Positions 44,410-54,704 of a DNA stretch of 56,371 nucleotides are shown one piece after another (the stretch's first letter is position 1; every line of letters starts with the position of its first letter). Location of the stretch: assembly GCA_017847995.1 (NCBI GenBank), contig JAGAPB010000024.1:1-56371 (forward strand). Direction: 5' to 3'. This DNA comes from Oscillospiraceae bacterium. Its GTDB lineage: Bacteria; Bacillota; Clostridia; Oscillospirales; Ruminococcaceae. A program made the translations under genes and the position numbers. The notes beneath the pieces were generated by a model. That model saw only the letters and a program-made list of their open reading frames with translations, did not search any database and had not been told where the DNA came from.

Positions 44410-45786
44410 TTAAAGGTCAGCCAGGGTGCTGCGCAGGCTTTCCACCTGGGTCAGAACACTTTGGGGGGCGCCGCCGCCAAAGCTGGTGCGTCCGGCGGCG
44501 CATACATCCAGGTCAATGGCCTGGTAAACATCCTGCTCAAACACATCGGAAAGCTGCTTGTATTCTTCCAGGGGCAGGCTTTCCAGGGTGCAGTTCTTTT
44601 CGATGCACAGGGCAACCAGCTGGCCCACGATCTTGTAGGCGTCGCGGAAGGGCATGCCCTTTTTGGTCAGATAGTCGGCGGCGTCGGTGGCGTTGATGAA
44701 GCCGGCGGCGGCCGCTGCCCGCAGGTTTTCGGGATGTACCTTCATGGTGGCAACCATGGGGATGAAGGCGTCCAGACACATCTTGACGGTGTCGAAGGCG
44801 TCAAAGATGGCTTCCTTGTCTTCCTGCAGATCCTTGTTGTAAGCCAGAGGCAGACCTTTCAGCATGGTCAGCAGGGTGGTCAGGTCGCCATAAACCCGGC
44901 CGGTTTTGCCGCGGACCAGCTCGGCGATGTCGGGGTTCTTCTTCTGGGGCATGATGGAGGAGCCGGTGGAGAAGGCGTCATCCAGCTCGATGTAGCGGAA
45001 TTCGTAGCTGCACCAGAGGATGATCTCTTCAGAAAAACGGGAAAGGTGGGCCATCACCAGCGAAAGGGCGGCGGCCAGTTCCACGCTGTAGTCACGGTCA
45101 GAAACGCCGTCGATGCTGTTTTCGCAAGGGGCGGTGAAGCCCAAAGCCTCGGCGGTCATGTGGCGGTCGATGGGGTAGGTGGTGCCTGCCAGGGCGCCGC
45201 TGCCCAGGGGGCAGTAGTTCATGTTTTCCAGGGCATTGTTAAGCCGCTTGATGTCACGCAGGAACATGAAGGCGTAGGCCATGATCTGGTGCCCGAAGGT
45301 GATGGGCTGGGCCCGCTGCAGGTGGGTGTAGCCGGCCATCACATGGTTGGCGTTGGCCTTGGCCACGGTGCACAGGGTTTCTTCCAGCTCCTTGAGCTGC
45401 CCCACCAGGGCGGCAGCTTCTTCCCGCAGATAGAGGCGCAGGTCAACGGCGACCTGGTCGTTGCGGCTGCGGGCGGTGTGCAGGCGCTTGCCGGCGTCGC
45501 CCAACCGCTGGGTCAGGGTGGCTTCCACAAAGGTGTGAATATCTTCGCAGCCATAGTCGATGGCCAAAGCGCCGCTTTCCAGGTCGGCCAGGATGCCCTT
45601 CAGCCCCTCGATGATGGCGTCGGCTTCACTTTGGGGGATGATGCCGGTTTTGCCCAGCATGGCGGCGTGGGCCATGCTGCCGGTGATGTCCTGCTTGGCC
45701 ATGCGGCTGTCGAACCGGATGGAAGCGTTGAAGTCGTTGAGGCGGCTGTCGGCCTCCTTGGAAAAGCGTCCTGCCCAAAGTTTCAT
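44410..45786 (-). CDS. argH: Argininosuccinate lyase
   Basis: Fumarate-lyase signature GSSIMPQKKNPD. N-terminal KLWAGRF. Confidence 0.93.
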   Translation of the reverse strand: MKLWAGRFSKEADSRLNDFNASIRFDSRMAKQDITGSMAHAAMLGKTGIIPQSEADAIIEGLKGILADLESGALAIDYGCEDIHTFVEATLTQRLGDAGKRLHTARSRNDQVAVDLRLYLREEAAALVGQLKELEETLCTVAKANANHVMAGYTHLQRAQPITFGHQIMAYAFMFLRDIKRLNNALENMNYCPLGSGALAGTTYPIDRHMTAEALGFTAPCENSIDGVSDRDYSVELAAALSLVMAHLSRFSEEIILWCSYEFRYIELDDAFSTGSSIMPQKKNPDIAELVRGKTGRVYGDLTTLLTMLKGLPLAYNKDLQEDKEAIFDAFDTVKMCLDAFIPMVATMKVHPENLRAAAAAGFINATDAADYLTKKGMPFRDAYKIVGQLVALCIEKNCTLESLPLEEYKQLSDVFEQDVYQAIDLDVCAAGRTSFGGGAPQSVLTQVESLRSTLADL

Positions 45787-45875
45787 GTCCGGGGTCCTCC
45801 TTGCAAGGTTCCTTAATAATTAGGGAACAGCCGGAAGAGGATGCTCCTCCGGCTGTGTTTGGGGTAAATGTTCGG

Positions 45876-47105
45876 TTACTTGTTCAGCTTGGCTGCACGT
45901 TCCTGGTCCAGCTTGGCCTTTACCTTGATGGGCAGGCCAAACAGGTTGATGAAGCCGCCGGCATCGGCCTGGTTGTATTCTTCATCTTCGCCAAAGGAGG
46001 CGGTCACTTCGTCATACAGGGTGTAGAAGCTGGTGACACCAGCGTTGATGATGTTGCCCTTGTAGAGCTTGAGCTTCACTTCGCCGGTAACGGTCTGCTG
46101 GGTGGCGTCCACAAAGGCGTCCATGGCCTCGCGCAGGGGGGTGAACCACTGGCCGTTGTAAACCAGGTCGGCATACTTCTGGGCCACGATGGGCTTGAAG
46201 TGCATGGTTTCCTTATCCAGGGTGATGGTTTCCAGAACTTCGTGGGCGTGGTAGAGGATGGTGCCGCCGGGGGTTTCATAAACGCCGCGGCTCTTCATGC
46301 CAACCAGACGGTTTTCCACGATGTCGATGATGCCGATGCCGTTGGCGCCGCCGATCTCGTTCAGCTTGGTCACCAGTTCCACAGCGCCCATCTTCTGGCC
46401 ATCCAGGCTTACGGGAACGCCCTTTTCAAAGCCGATGGTGATGTAGGTGGGAACATCGGGGGCCTTTTCAGGAGAAACGCCCAGTTCCAGGATCTTGTCG
46501 TAGTTGGGTTCGTTGGCGGGGCTTTCCAGGTCCAGACCTTCGTGGGAAAGGTGCCATACGTTCTTGTCCTTGGAGTAGTTGGTCTCGCGGTTGATCTTCA
46601 GGGGGATGTCGTGGGCTTCGGCGTAGTCGATCTCTTCCTCACGGCTCTTGATGTCCCATTCTCTCCAGGGGGCGATAACATCCATTTCGGGAGCCAGGGC
46701 CTTGAAGGTCAGTTCAAAACGGACCTGGTCGTTGCCCTTGCCGGTGCAGCTGTGGCAGATGGCGTCGCAGCCTTCGGCCTTGGCAATTTCGACCAGACGC
46801 TTGGCGATGATGGGTCTGGCGTGGCTGGTGCCCAGCAGGTAGGTGCCTTCATACTTGGCGCCGGCCTTCAGGCAGGGCCAGATAAAGTCTTCGATGTATT
46901 CCTTGGTCAGGTCTTCCACATACAGCTTGGAAGCGCCGGTCTTGAGGGCCTTTTCTTCCAGGCCGTCCAGTTCGGTGCCCTGGCCAACGTCGCCCGAAAC
47001 GGCAATTACTTCGCAGTTGTCATAGTTTTCCTTCAGCCAGGGGATGATGATGGAAGTATCAAGACCGCCGGAATAGGCCAGCAGAACCTTCTTGTAAGAT
47101 TTCAT
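45876..47105 (-). CDS. argG: Argininosuccinate synthase
   Basis: ATP-binding motif AYSGGLDTS. 409 aa. RBS is AAAAGGAG. Confidence 0.95.
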   Translation of the reverse strand: MKSYKKVLLAYSGGLDTSIIIPWLKENYDNCEVIAVSGDVGQGTELDGLEEKALKTGASKLYVEDLTKEYIEDFIWPCLKAGAKYEGTYLLGTSHARPIIAKRLVEIAKAEGCDAICHSCTGKGNDQVRFELTFKALAPEMDVIAPWREWDIKSREEEIDYAEAHDIPLKINRETNYSKDKNVWHLSHEGLDLESPANEPNYDKILELGVSPEKAPDVPTYITIGFEKGVPVSLDGQKMGAVELVTKLNEIGGANGIGIIDIVENRLVGMKSRGVYETPGGTILYHAHEVLETITLDKETMHFKPIVAQKYADLVYNGQWFTPLREAMDAFVDATQQTVTGEVKLKLYKGNIINAGVTSFYTLYDEVTASFGEDEEYNQADAGGFINLFGLPIKVKAKLDQERAAKLNK

Positions 47106-47167
47106 TTTGCATGCGCTCCTTTTATGTAAATGATGTATTTCCCTTTTGGTGCGGGGTGATGGTTATA

Positions 47168-47195
47168 ATTATACGCTGATTGCCGAATTTTTCAA
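47168..47195 (-). promoter_or_regulatory. Candidate sigma-70-type promoter of the arg operon
   Basis: On the minus strand, TTGAAA (47195-47190), a 16-nt spacer, then TATAAT (47173-47168), about 60 nt upstream of argG. Confidence 0.4.
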
Positions 47196-47392
47196 GTATT
47201 TTTTGGATATTTATTCACTTTTATGGAATTTTGTTACCGTGGCATAGTTTTTTGAACAGTGGGGGGATTCCATTGTGAAAAATGCACCATAATCGGGTGG
47301 ATTCGACCTGGACGCGGGGCGCCGAAGGCTTTACTTTTCATGCAAAACAAGGCATACTTATACATATCCAACAAAAACACAAGGAGGCCGCC

Positions 47393-48127
47393 ATGGAAAA
47401 CGGTGTGGTAAAAAAGGTGTATTCCAAAATTTTGGGCAAAGAGGTGGACATCTGGGTGCTGTGCCCCCAGGAGCCAAAAGCCCTGCTGTATATGATGCAC
47501 GGCAACGGCGGCGACTGCCTGGAATGGGCTGAAAACACCGACCTGGTGGAGCAGGCCCACAAGTACGGTCTGGCTGTGGTGGCCCCCGATTTTGAGGACA
47601 GCTACTGCACCGACACCGCCGACGGACGCCCCTGGTTCCGATATCTTTCGCAGGAGATGCCCGCCCTGGCCGAGGGGCTGCTGGGGCGCTCCTTCGCCCC
47701 CGAAAAGACCTACATCGCCGGCATTTCGGCCGGGGCATACGGCCTGCTGAAGCTGGCCTTTGCCCACCCGGGACGCTACGCCGCCTGCGCCAGCCTTTCG
47801 GGCGTGACCGACATGGCGGGGCGCATCGCTCTGCTGCCCCAGCGGCGGCTGCCTTCCTTCCGGCCCATTTTTGGCGAGGAACTGAAAATCGGCCCCGAAA
47901 ATGACGTCGCCCTGCTGACCCGCACCGCCGTGGAGGCCGGCTGCACCATGCCGGTTTGGCTGGCCTGCGGCACCCAAGACAGCTTTCTTGAAATGAACCG
48001 CCGCTATGATGCCCTGCTGACCGAGCTGGGGGTGGAGCATGAATACCACCAAGGCCCCGGCGGCCACGAGTGGGACTTCTGGCAGCGGTGGCTGGCGCCC
48101 GCCCTGCAGTGGCTGCTGGAACATTGA
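47393..48127 (+). CDS. Esterase-D-like serine hydrolase (putative esterase family)
   Basis: Nucleophile elbow GISAG and a His in GGHEW. The ATG at 47393 is preceded by AAGGAGG; the track ORF start at 47282 was discarded. Confidence 0.75.
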   Translation: MENGVVKKVYSKILGKEVDIWVLCPQEPKALLYMMHGNGGDCLEWAENTDLVEQAHKYGLAVVAPDFEDSYCTDTADGRPWFRYLSQEMPALAEGLLGRSFAPEKTYIAGISAGAYGLLKLAFAHPGRYAACASLSGVTDMAGRIALLPQRRLPSFRPIFGEELKIGPENDVALLTRTAVEAGCTMPVWLACGTQDSFLEMNRRYDALLTELGVEHEYHQGPGGHEWDFWQRWLAPALQWLLEH

Positions 48128-48140
48128 CCCAAACAAAAAT

Positions 48141-48175
48141 CCCCGACAGCCTGGGCGGCTGCCGGGGTGTTTTTT
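48141..48175. terminator. Bidirectional terminator
   Basis: Stem ccccgacagcc / ggctgccgggg (one mismatch) flanked by an A-run and a T-run, between convergent genes. Confidence 0.55.
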
Positions 48176-48605
48176 ATTTCTGCTTCAGCGGCGCGGTGTC
48201 AATGCTTTTGCCAAACACCACAAAGCGGTCGTAGATATACTCGGTGACAAAGTTGACGATCATGGTGCCGGCCAGCACCAGGTATTCGTTCCAGGCAACA
48301 TCCGGCCCGGTCAGCACCGCCGTCCACCAGGTGGAAAGGGGAGTAAATACCAGATAGAAAACCGCCACCAGTGCCATGGCCTTGGGCACATTGTTGGCCG
48401 AACAGAAGGTGAATTTGCGGTTGAGGGTGAAGTTCCACAGCACCGAAAGCACCAGCGAAACCAGATAGGAAAGCCAGTGGGGCAGGTGCAGCAGCTCTTC
48501 CATCAGGGTAAAGCTGGCGATTTGGATGACCCCGGCGCTGATGGAGAAAAGGACAAACTTGAGGGAGCGGAGCAATTCTTTTTTTGTGTCGGTCACGGGG
48601 ACCAT
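48174..48605 (-). CDS. GtrA-family membrane protein
   Basis: 143 aa with 4 TM helices and the typical LKFVLFSISAGVIQIASF ... WNFTLNRKFTF pattern. ATG at 48605; the upstream 51 codons of the track ORF overlap the rodA-like gene. Confidence 0.7.
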   Translation of the reverse strand: MVPVTDTKKELLRSLKFVLFSISAGVIQIASFTLMEELLHLPHWLSYLVSLVLSVLWNFTLNRKFTFCSANNVPKAMALVAVFYLVFTPLSTWWTAVLTGPDVAWNEYLVLAGTMIVNFVTEYIYDRFVVFGKSIDTAPLKQK

Positions 48606-48619
48606 CTCCTTTGGAAGCA

Positions 48620-49732
48620 TTAACCGAACATTTTTGTGGAGCTGTGCATCTTTACACTGACCACAAGCCCCATTGCGGCATAAAGTGCCACCACCGAGGT
48701 GCCCCCCGAGGAAAGGAAGGGCAGGGTGATGCCGATGACCGGCAGGATGCTGAGGCACATGCCGATGTTGAAGATGGACTGGAAGGCCACCATGGCAAAG
48801 GCCCCCACGCAGAGATAGCTGCCCAGGGCGTCGCGGGCGTGGAAGGAATTATAAAGCAGCCGGGCGCAAAGGCCCACCAGCAAACAGCAAACCAGCAGAC
48901 AGCCGATAAAGCCCAAAGAATTGCCGATGAAAGAGAAGATGAAGTCGTTGCGTATTTCGGGAACATAAACATGCTCGCCGCTGAACAGGCCGGTGCCCCG
49001 CAGCTGGCCCGAACCGATGGCCAGCAGGCCGTTGAGCTGCTGGTAGCTTTGGCCCTGGGGGTCGGACATGGGGTTGAGCATGATGAGAAAACGGTTGCGG
49101 TGGTCGTCGTTCATAATAAAGAACCAGACGAAGGGGGATAGCACTGCCGCCGCACCCACCGCCATGGCGATATAGCGCCAGCTTACCCCGGCGGCAAACA
49201 GCATGCTGGCAAAGATGAGGGCGATCATCAGGGCGCTGCCGTCATCCCCCTGGAAGTGGATGAGCAGAACGGGCAGGGCCCCGTGGAGGCAAAGCAGAAT
49301 AAGCTGGCGGGGTTCGTTTACCTGGCCTTCCACCTTGGAAAGATGCAGCCCAAAGGCGAGGATGAAGGCCACCTTGAGCAGCTCGGAGGGCTGCAGCGAA
49401 AAGCCGCCGATGGTGATCCAGGCCTGGTCGTCGCCGCGGGCGGCGCCGATGACAAAGGTGGCCAGCACCAGGCCGTAGCACAGGGGCAGATAAAGCTTCC
49501 ACAGCCCGGCAATGGTTTCATAGTCGATGTTGGAGATGACCAGCACCATCATAAGGCCGATGAACACCGCCGCCGACTGCACAATGATGGCGCGGCTGGT
49601 GGCAAAGCCGGTGTTGCAGATGCCCACCAGCAAAAGGATGCTAAGACCCGAAAGCACCAAACAAAGTGCCCAGGTGATGTGGTCGGTGGACCGAATATAG
49701 GAAGCTACGGCGTTGCGGATCTTTTTCAGCAT
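48620..49732 (-). CDS. SEDS-family peptidoglycan polymerase (FtsW/RodA/SpoVE)
   Basis: Polytopic ORF with typical SEDS segments (SLQPSELLK, LPVIGITLPFLSSGGTS). The ATG at 49732 sits behind AAAGGA. Confidence 0.85.
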   Translation of the reverse strand: MLKKIRNAVASYIRSTDHITWALCLVLSGLSILLLVGICNTGFATSRAIIVQSAAVFIGLMMVLVISNIDYETIAGLWKLYLPLCYGLVLATFVIGAARGDDQAWITIGGFSLQPSELLKVAFILAFGLHLSKVEGQVNEPRQLILLCLHGALPVLLIHFQGDDGSALMIALIFASMLFAAGVSWRYIAMAVGAAAVLSPFVWFFIMNDDHRNRFLIMLNPMSDPQGQSYQQLNGLLAIGSGQLRGTGLFSGEHVYVPEIRNDFIFSFIGNSLGFIGCLLVCCLLVGLCARLLYNSFHARDALGSYLCVGAFAMVAFQSIFNIGMCLSILPVIGITLPFLSSGGTSVVALYAAMGLVVSVKMHSSTKMFG

Positions 49733-49861
49733 GGCGGTTCCTTTCGGCAAAACTTGAGAAGGCTAAAGAATAGCATACCCCTGCCTTATGAACTAATTAT
49801 AAACAGGAAACGGCAAAAAAGCAAAAAGTTTTGCGCAGGGGAAGAAAAGGCCAGTTTTACG

Positions 49862-49891
49862 TTGTATTGCCCCGCCAAAATGTGATATAAT
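49862..49891 (+). promoter_or_regulatory. Candidate promoter of fhs (extended -10)
   Basis: TTGTAT (49862-49867), an 18-nt spacer, then TGATATAAT (TATAAT at 49886-49891). Confidence 0.45.
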
Positions 49892-49955
49892 TTTTTATTA
49901 GTGAGCAGGATGCTGCCGCAAGAAAAAGGTAAATATTTTGGAGGAGGTTTTTCCA

Positions 49956-51623
49956 TTGAGAAGCGATATCGAAATTGCCCAGTCTGCCCAGATGAAGCCC
50001 ATTGATCAGATTGCCGCCCAGCTTGGCATCCGCCCCGAAGAGCTGGAATGCTACGGCCGCTATAAGGCCAAGGTCAGCGACGACCTGATGAACCGTCTGC
50101 AGGACAAGCCCGATGGCAAATTGATCCTTGTTACCGCCATCAACCCCACCCCCGCCGGTGAAGGAAAGACCACCACCACTGTCGGCTTGGGCGAGGCCAT
50201 GCCCCTCATCGGCAAAAACGCCATCATCGCCCTGCGTGAGCCCAGCCTTGGCCCCGTGTTTGGCATCAAGGGCGGCGCAGCCGGCGGCGGCTACTCCCAG
50301 GTAGTGCCCATGGAGGACATCAACCTCCATTTTACCGGCGATATGCACGCCATCACCGCAGCCAACAACCTGCTGTGCGCGCTGCTGGACAACCACATGC
50401 AGCAGGGCAACCCCCTGGGCATCGACCCCCGCCGGGTGCTGTGGAAGCGCTGCATGGATATGAATGATCGTGCCCTGCGCAACATCGTGATCGGCCTGGG
50501 CGGCAAGGTGAACGGCGTTCCCCGCGAGGACGGCTTTAACATCACCGTTGCCAGCGAAATTATGGCCATCCTCTGCCTGGCAGCCGACCTGGCTGACCTG
50601 AAGGAACGCCTGGGCCGCATCCTGGTGGCCTATAACTACCAGGGCGAGCCGGTTTACGCCCGCGACCTCAACGCCCAGGGCGCCATGACCGCCCTGCTGA
50701 AGGATGCCCTGAAGCCCAACCTGGTGCAGACTTTGGAAAACACCCCCGCCCTGATGCACGGCGGCCCCTTTGCCAACATTGCCCACGGCTGCAACAGCGT
50801 GCGCGCCACCAGACTGGCCCTCAAGCTGGCCGACTACACCATCACCGAAGCCGGCTTTGGCTCCGACCTGGGTGCCGAAAAGTTTTTGGACATCAAGTGC
50901 CGCGTGGCGGGCCTGAAGCCCAGCTGCATCGTGCTGGTTGCCACCGTGCGCGCCCTCAAATATAACGGCGGCCTGCCCAAGACCGAGCTGGTGCCTGCCA
51001 ACCCCGAGGCACTGAAGAAGGGCCTGGTAAATCTGGAGGCCCATATTGAAAACATGAAGAAATACGGCGTGCCCGTTGTGGTGGCCATCAACAAGTTCCT
51101 CACCGACAGCGAGGAGGAACTGGCCCTGATCGCCGACCGCTGCCGCGAACTGGGCGCCGACTTTGCCACCACCGAAGGCTTTGCCAAGGGCGGCGAAGGC
51201 GCCAAGGAGCTGGCCCAGAAGGTGGTGGATGCCTGCGAAAAGCCGGCCGATTTCCACCCCATCTATGAGCTGGAAGGCACCATTGAGGACAAGCTGAACG
51301 TGATCGCCCGCACCATCTATGGCGCCGAAGGGGTTGTGCTGACCGGCCCCGCCAAAAAGGCCGCCGCCGAAATTGCCCGCCTGGGCGGCGACGCTCTGCC
51401 CGTTTGCGTGGCCAAAACCCAGTACAGCCTGTCCGATGACCCCGTTAAGCTGGGCCGCCCCACCGGCTTTACCATCACGGTGCGCGACCTGCGCCTTTCC
51501 AACGGCGCCGGCTTTGTGGTCGCCCTTACCGGTGACATTATGACCATGCCCGGTCTGCCCAAGGTGCCCGCCGCCGAAAAGATCGACGTGGACCCCAATG
51601 GCGTGATCACCGGCCTGTTCTAA
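49956..51623 (+). CDS. fhs: Formate--tetrahydrofolate ligase
   Basis: P-loop region [12 protein letters not shown] and N-terminal SDIEIAQ. TTG at 49956 sits 8 nt after GGAGGAGG (track start 49938). Confidence 0.93.
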   Translation: MRSDIEIAQSAQMKPIDQIAAQLGIRPEELECYGRYKAKVSDDLMNRLQDKPDGKLILVTAINPTPAGEGKTTTTVGLGEAMPLIGKNAIIALREPSLGPVFGIKGGAAGGGYSQVVPMEDINLHFTGDMHAITAANNLLCALLDNHMQQGNPLGIDPRRVLWKRCMDMNDRALRNIVIGLGGKVNGVPREDGFNITVASEIMAILCLAADLADLKERLGRILVAYNYQGEPVYARDLNAQGAMTALLKDALKPNLVQTLENTPALMHGGPFANIAHGCNSVRATRLALKLADYTITEAGFGSDLGAEKFLDIKCRVAGLKPSCIVLVATVRALKYNGGLPKTELVPANPEALKKGLVNLEAHIENMKKYGVPVVVAINKFLTDSEEELALIADRCRELGADFATTEGFAKGGEGAKELAQKVVDACEKPADFHPIYELEGTIEDKLNVIARTIYGAEGVVLTGPAKKAAAEIARLGGDALPVCVAKTQYSLSDDPVKLGRPTGFTITVRDLRLSNGAGFVVALTGDIMTMPGLPKVPAAEKIDVDPNGVITGLF

Positions 51624-51662
51624 TTATTACTTTATCGATTTTTATGAAAGGAGTGTGCGGCT

Positions 51663-52106
51663 GTGCTGCGCTTTCTCTGCAAAGACCAGAATGACACTCA
51701 GGCAGCCGCCGCTGCTTTGGCAAAGCTGCTGCGCCCCGGCGATGTCATCGCCTACCGCGGGGGCATGGGGGCGGGCAAGACCACCTTTACCCGCAGCCTG
51801 TGCGCCGCCCTGGGCATCGAGGCCTGGGTCAGCAGCCCCACCTTTGCCCTGGTGCATGAATACCCCGGCAGCAGTTTTTCCCTCTGCCACTTTGATATGT
51901 ACCGCATCGATGGCTTCGACGAGCTGTATTCCACCGGGTTTTTTGACTACCTGGACCGGGGGGATATCCTGGCGGTGGAATGGAGCGAAAACATCGAGGG
52001 AGCTCTGCCGCCCGGAACCATCACCGTAACCTTTGAAATTACCGGCGAGACCAGCCGCATCATCACCGTGGAAGGAGTGGATGACCGTGAACCTGCTGGC
52101 CATTGA
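51663..52106 (+). CDS. tsaE: tRNA t6A37 biosynthesis ATPase TsaE
   Basis: P-loop GGMGAGKTTF and SPTFALVHEY. GTG start behind AAAGGAG. Confidence 0.85.
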   Translation: MLRFLCKDQNDTQAAAAALAKLLRPGDVIAYRGGMGAGKTTFTRSLCAALGIEAWVSSPTFALVHEYPGSSFSLCHFDMYRIDGFDELYSTGFFDYLDRGDILAVEWSENIEGALPPGTITVTFEITGETSRIITVEGVDDREPAGH

Positions 52107-52800
52107 CGCTTCGTCGCTGCCGGCCTCCTGCGCCTTTTTCCGCGGGGAGATGCTGGTGGCCGAGGAATATCTGCACAACCGCATGACCCACAGCCAGACC
52201 CTGATGCCCATGGTGGAGCACATGATGCAAAACGCCGGAGCCTTCCTGCAGGAGGTGGACGCCGTGGCCGTTACCATCGGGCCGGGGTCCTTTACCGGGC
52301 TGCGCATCGGCATAGCCGCCGCCAAGGGCATTGCCTGGGGCTGCGGCAAACCCTGCGTGCCGGTTTCCACCCTGCGGGCGCTGGCCTGCAACGGCCTGTG
52401 CCACAAGGGTGTAGTGTGCGCCGTAATGGACGCCCGCTGCGCCCAGGTTTACACCGCATTGTTTGAAAGCGACGGCGCCGGCAAGCTGACCCCCCTGGGT
52501 CAGGATGAGGCCATTGCCCTGGAGGAACTGAAGCAGCGGCTGGCCGCCATCGATCGGCCCATTTTGCTGGTTGGCGACGGCGCCCGGTTGTGCTACAATA
52601 GTTTGGAAAACAAGGAAAATGTGGTGCTGGCCCCGGCCACACTGCAGTTCCAGCGGGCAGGCGCGGTGGGTTTGGCCGCATTGGGCCTGGTGGAACAGGG
52701 CTTTGCTCCCATCCCGGCCGAAGAGCTGGCCCCGGCCTATCTGCGGCTGCCCCAGGCCGAACGGGAACTGCTGCAAAGGCAGGCCGCCCAAAACAAGTGA
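52081..52800 (+). CDS. tsaB: tRNA t6A37 biosynthesis protein TsaB
   Basis: LLAIDAS and GPGSFTGLRIG motifs. The ATG at 52081 overlaps the tsaE 3' end. Confidence 0.8.
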   Translation: MTVNLLAIDASSLPASCAFFRGEMLVAEEYLHNRMTHSQTLMPMVEHMMQNAGAFLQEVDAVAVTIGPGSFTGLRIGIAAAKGIAWGCGKPCVPVSTLRALACNGLCHKGVVCAVMDARCAQVYTALFESDGAGKLTPLGQDEAIALEELKQRLAAIDRPILLVGDGARLCYNSLENKENVVLAPATLQFQRAGAVGLAALGLVEQGFAPIPAEELAPAYLRLPQAERELLQRQAAQNK

Positions 52801-52838
52801 TTTCCGCGCCGCAGGCGCTTTGACTGGAGGAATTTGAT

Positions 52839-53294
52839 ATGAAAATCGCACTGAGTTGTGACCACGGCGGATTTGAGCTGAAGGAAGCCATCCGCGCCCA
52901 CCTGGAAGAGATCGGCGTGGAATACCACGACTTTGGCACCTATGCCGCCGACGAAGCCCGCGACTACCCCTACGCCGCCCTGTATGCCTGCAACGCCATT
53001 GTGGCAGGCGAGTGCGACCGCGGTGTGCTGGTGTGCGGCACCGGCATTGGCATTTCCATGGCTGCAAACAAGGTAAAGGGCATCCGTGCCGCCTGCTGCA
53101 GCGACTATTTTTCGGCCAAATATACCCGCCTGCACAACGATGCCAACGCCCTGTGCCTGGGTGGCCGTGTGCTGGGCCCCGGCCTGGCCATCGAGCTGGT
53201 GGATGTCTTCCTCAAGACCGAATTTGAGGGCGGCCGTCACGCCCGCCGTGTGGGCCAGATCATGGATATCCAGGACGGCAAAATTACCGAGTAA
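52839..53294 (+). CDS. rpiB: Ribose-5-phosphate isomerase B
   Basis: CDHGG and CGTGIGISMAANK motifs. 151 aa. Confidence 0.9.
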   Translation: MKIALSCDHGGFELKEAIRAHLEEIGVEYHDFGTYAADEARDYPYAALYACNAIVAGECDRGVLVCGTGIGISMAANKVKGIRAACCSDYFSAKYTRLHNDANALCLGGRVLGPGLAIELVDVFLKTEFEGGRHARRVGQIMDIQDGKITE

Positions 53295-53356
53295 GCATTG
53301 CGGAAATCCGCAAAACATAGAGGATGCCGCCCCGCGCGGTATGGAGGGAAGTTAAA

Positions 53357-53986
53357 ATGAGCAAACCTTTTATCATGGATCATCCCCTGATCCAGCACAA
53401 ACTGAGCGTACTGCGCAGCACCGGCACCAGCTCCAAGGAATTCCGCGAACTGGTTTCGGAAATTGCCATGCTGATGTGCTATGAAGCCACCCGCGACCTG
53501 CCCCTGGAAGAAACCGAGATCGAGACCCCCATCTGCAAGACCAAGGCCCAGGTTCTGGCCGGCCGCAAGATGGCCATCGTTCCCATTCTGCGTGCAGGCC
53601 TGGGCATGGTTGACGGCATGCTGGCCCTGGTTCCCAATGCCCGCGTGGGCCACATCGGCATGTACCGCGACCCCGAGACCCACATGCCCGTGGAATACTA
53701 CTGCAAGCTGCCCGCCGACATTGAAGAACGCGACGTATTCGTGCTGGACCCCATGCTGGCCACCGGCGGCAGCGCCATTGACGCCATCGACCAGATCAAA
53801 AAGTACGGCGCCACCAATGTCTACTTCCTGTGCATCATTGCCGCCCCCGAGGGCCTGGAAGCCCTGGTGGAAGCCCACCCCGATGTAAAGGTATACTGTG
53901 CCGCCCTGGATGACCACCTGAACGACCACAAGTACATCGTTCCCGGCCTGGGCGACGCCGGCGACCGCATCTTCGGCACCAAGTAA
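53357..53986 (+). CDS. upp: Uracil phosphoribosyltransferase
   Basis: [20 protein letters not shown] and [15 protein letters not shown] at 53357. Confidence 0.95.
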   Translation: MSKPFIMDHPLIQHKLSVLRSTGTSSKEFRELVSEIAMLMCYEATRDLPLEETEIETPICKTKAQVLAGRKMAIVPILRAGLGMVDGMLALVPNARVGHIGMYRDPETHMPVEYYCKLPADIEERDVFVLDPMLATGGSAIDAIDQIKKYGATNVYFLCIIAAPEGLEALVEAHPDVKVYCAALDDHLNDHKYIVPGLGDAGDRIFGTK

Positions 53987-54001
53987 GCGAGAAAAAACGA
54001 A

Positions 54002-54028
54002 AGGACCTGCTTCGGCAGGTCCTTTTTC
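54002..54028 (+). terminator. Rho-independent terminator of upp
   Basis: A perfect 9-bp stem aggacctgc / gcaggtcct with loop ttcg, followed by ttttt. Confidence 0.75.
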
Positions 54029-54053
54029 CTTTTTAAAGTTTTTCAACTGTGCT

Positions 54054-54327
54054 TGTAGGGGCGGGGTTTTACTCCGCCCGACACTTTGCGAAATTTTACG
54101 GGAGGAGCAGAGCCCCTCCCCTACATAATAAATGCTCATTAGGATGTCAAAAGGCCCCCACCGCCGACCGAGCCGACAGGCGAGACGGCCGTAGGGACGG
54201 ATGAGGGAAACAAAAGGCTCCCCTGCGGTTCCCCTCATCCGTCTTTAACTTACGGTAAATCCACCTTCTCCCACAGGAGAAGGCTTTAAAGGCTTCCCCT
54301 TGGGGGGAAGCTGTCACCGCAGGTGAC
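54054..54327. repeat. Hairpin-rich GC-rich intergenic element (REP/MITE-like)
   Basis: There are at least six inverted repeats in 275 bp: 54054-61/54118-25; 54196-207/54232-43 (12 bp, perfect); 54264-71/54276-83; 54292-99/54304-11; 54313-18/54322-27; plus inner GC stems at 54058-54120. Confidence 0.6.
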
Positions 54328-54400
54328 TGATGAGGGAGACTATTTTTAAAAATACCAATAGAAAAAGCCGCGGGAGCGGCGGAATGGTACATTTTGCAGA

Positions 54401-54625
54401 TCAAAAGGAGTGGGAATAGGGGCAGCGTTTGTTGGTAAGGCCGAAGATGTAGTCGGTGCTGGTCTGGTAGTGCTGGGCGAGGATGATGGCGGCCCAGGCG
54501 GGAAGCTCGTGGACGCCTTTTTCATAGCGGCGGTAGACTTCGCGCTTGCAGCCAAGGATATCGGCGACCTGCTGCTGGGTGAGGTCGGCGTCAACGCGCA
54601 AATCTTCCAAACGCTGAAAAAACAT
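54401..54625 (-). CDS. XRE-family transcriptional regulator (74 aa)
   Basis: HTH_3 pattern LTQQQVADILGCKREVYRRYEKG ... TDYIFGLTN. Confidence 0.8.
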   Translation of the reverse strand: MFFQRLEDLRVDADLTQQQVADILGCKREVYRRYEKGVHELPAWAAIILAQHYQTSTDYIFGLTNKRCPYSHSF

Positions 54626-54650
54626 AGTAACACTTCCTTTCTATAAAGAA

Positions 54651-54704
54651 ATGCTACTATTTTGTTGCATACAAGGTGAAGATATGCTACAATATTGTGG
54701 CATA
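54651..54704 (+). promoter_or_regulatory. Candidate promoter of the secreted-protein gene, overlapped by two 21-nt direct repeats (putative operator)
   Basis: -35 TTGCAT (54665-54670), a 17-nt spacer, -10 TACAAT (54688-54693). The repeats atgctacTatTttgtTgcata (54651-54671) and atgctacAatAttgtGgcata (54684-54704) match 18/21 at a 33-bp period. Confidence 0.5.

Noticed and set aside
47181-47240. Second ARG box flanking the candidate site at 47202-47219.
   Set aside because: The best alignments on either side match only about half of the conserved half-site positions.
54147-54404. 85-aa minus-strand ORF in the upp-XRE spacer.
   Set aside because: It lies entirely within the hairpin array, has no RBS, and its sequence reflects translated inverted repeats.
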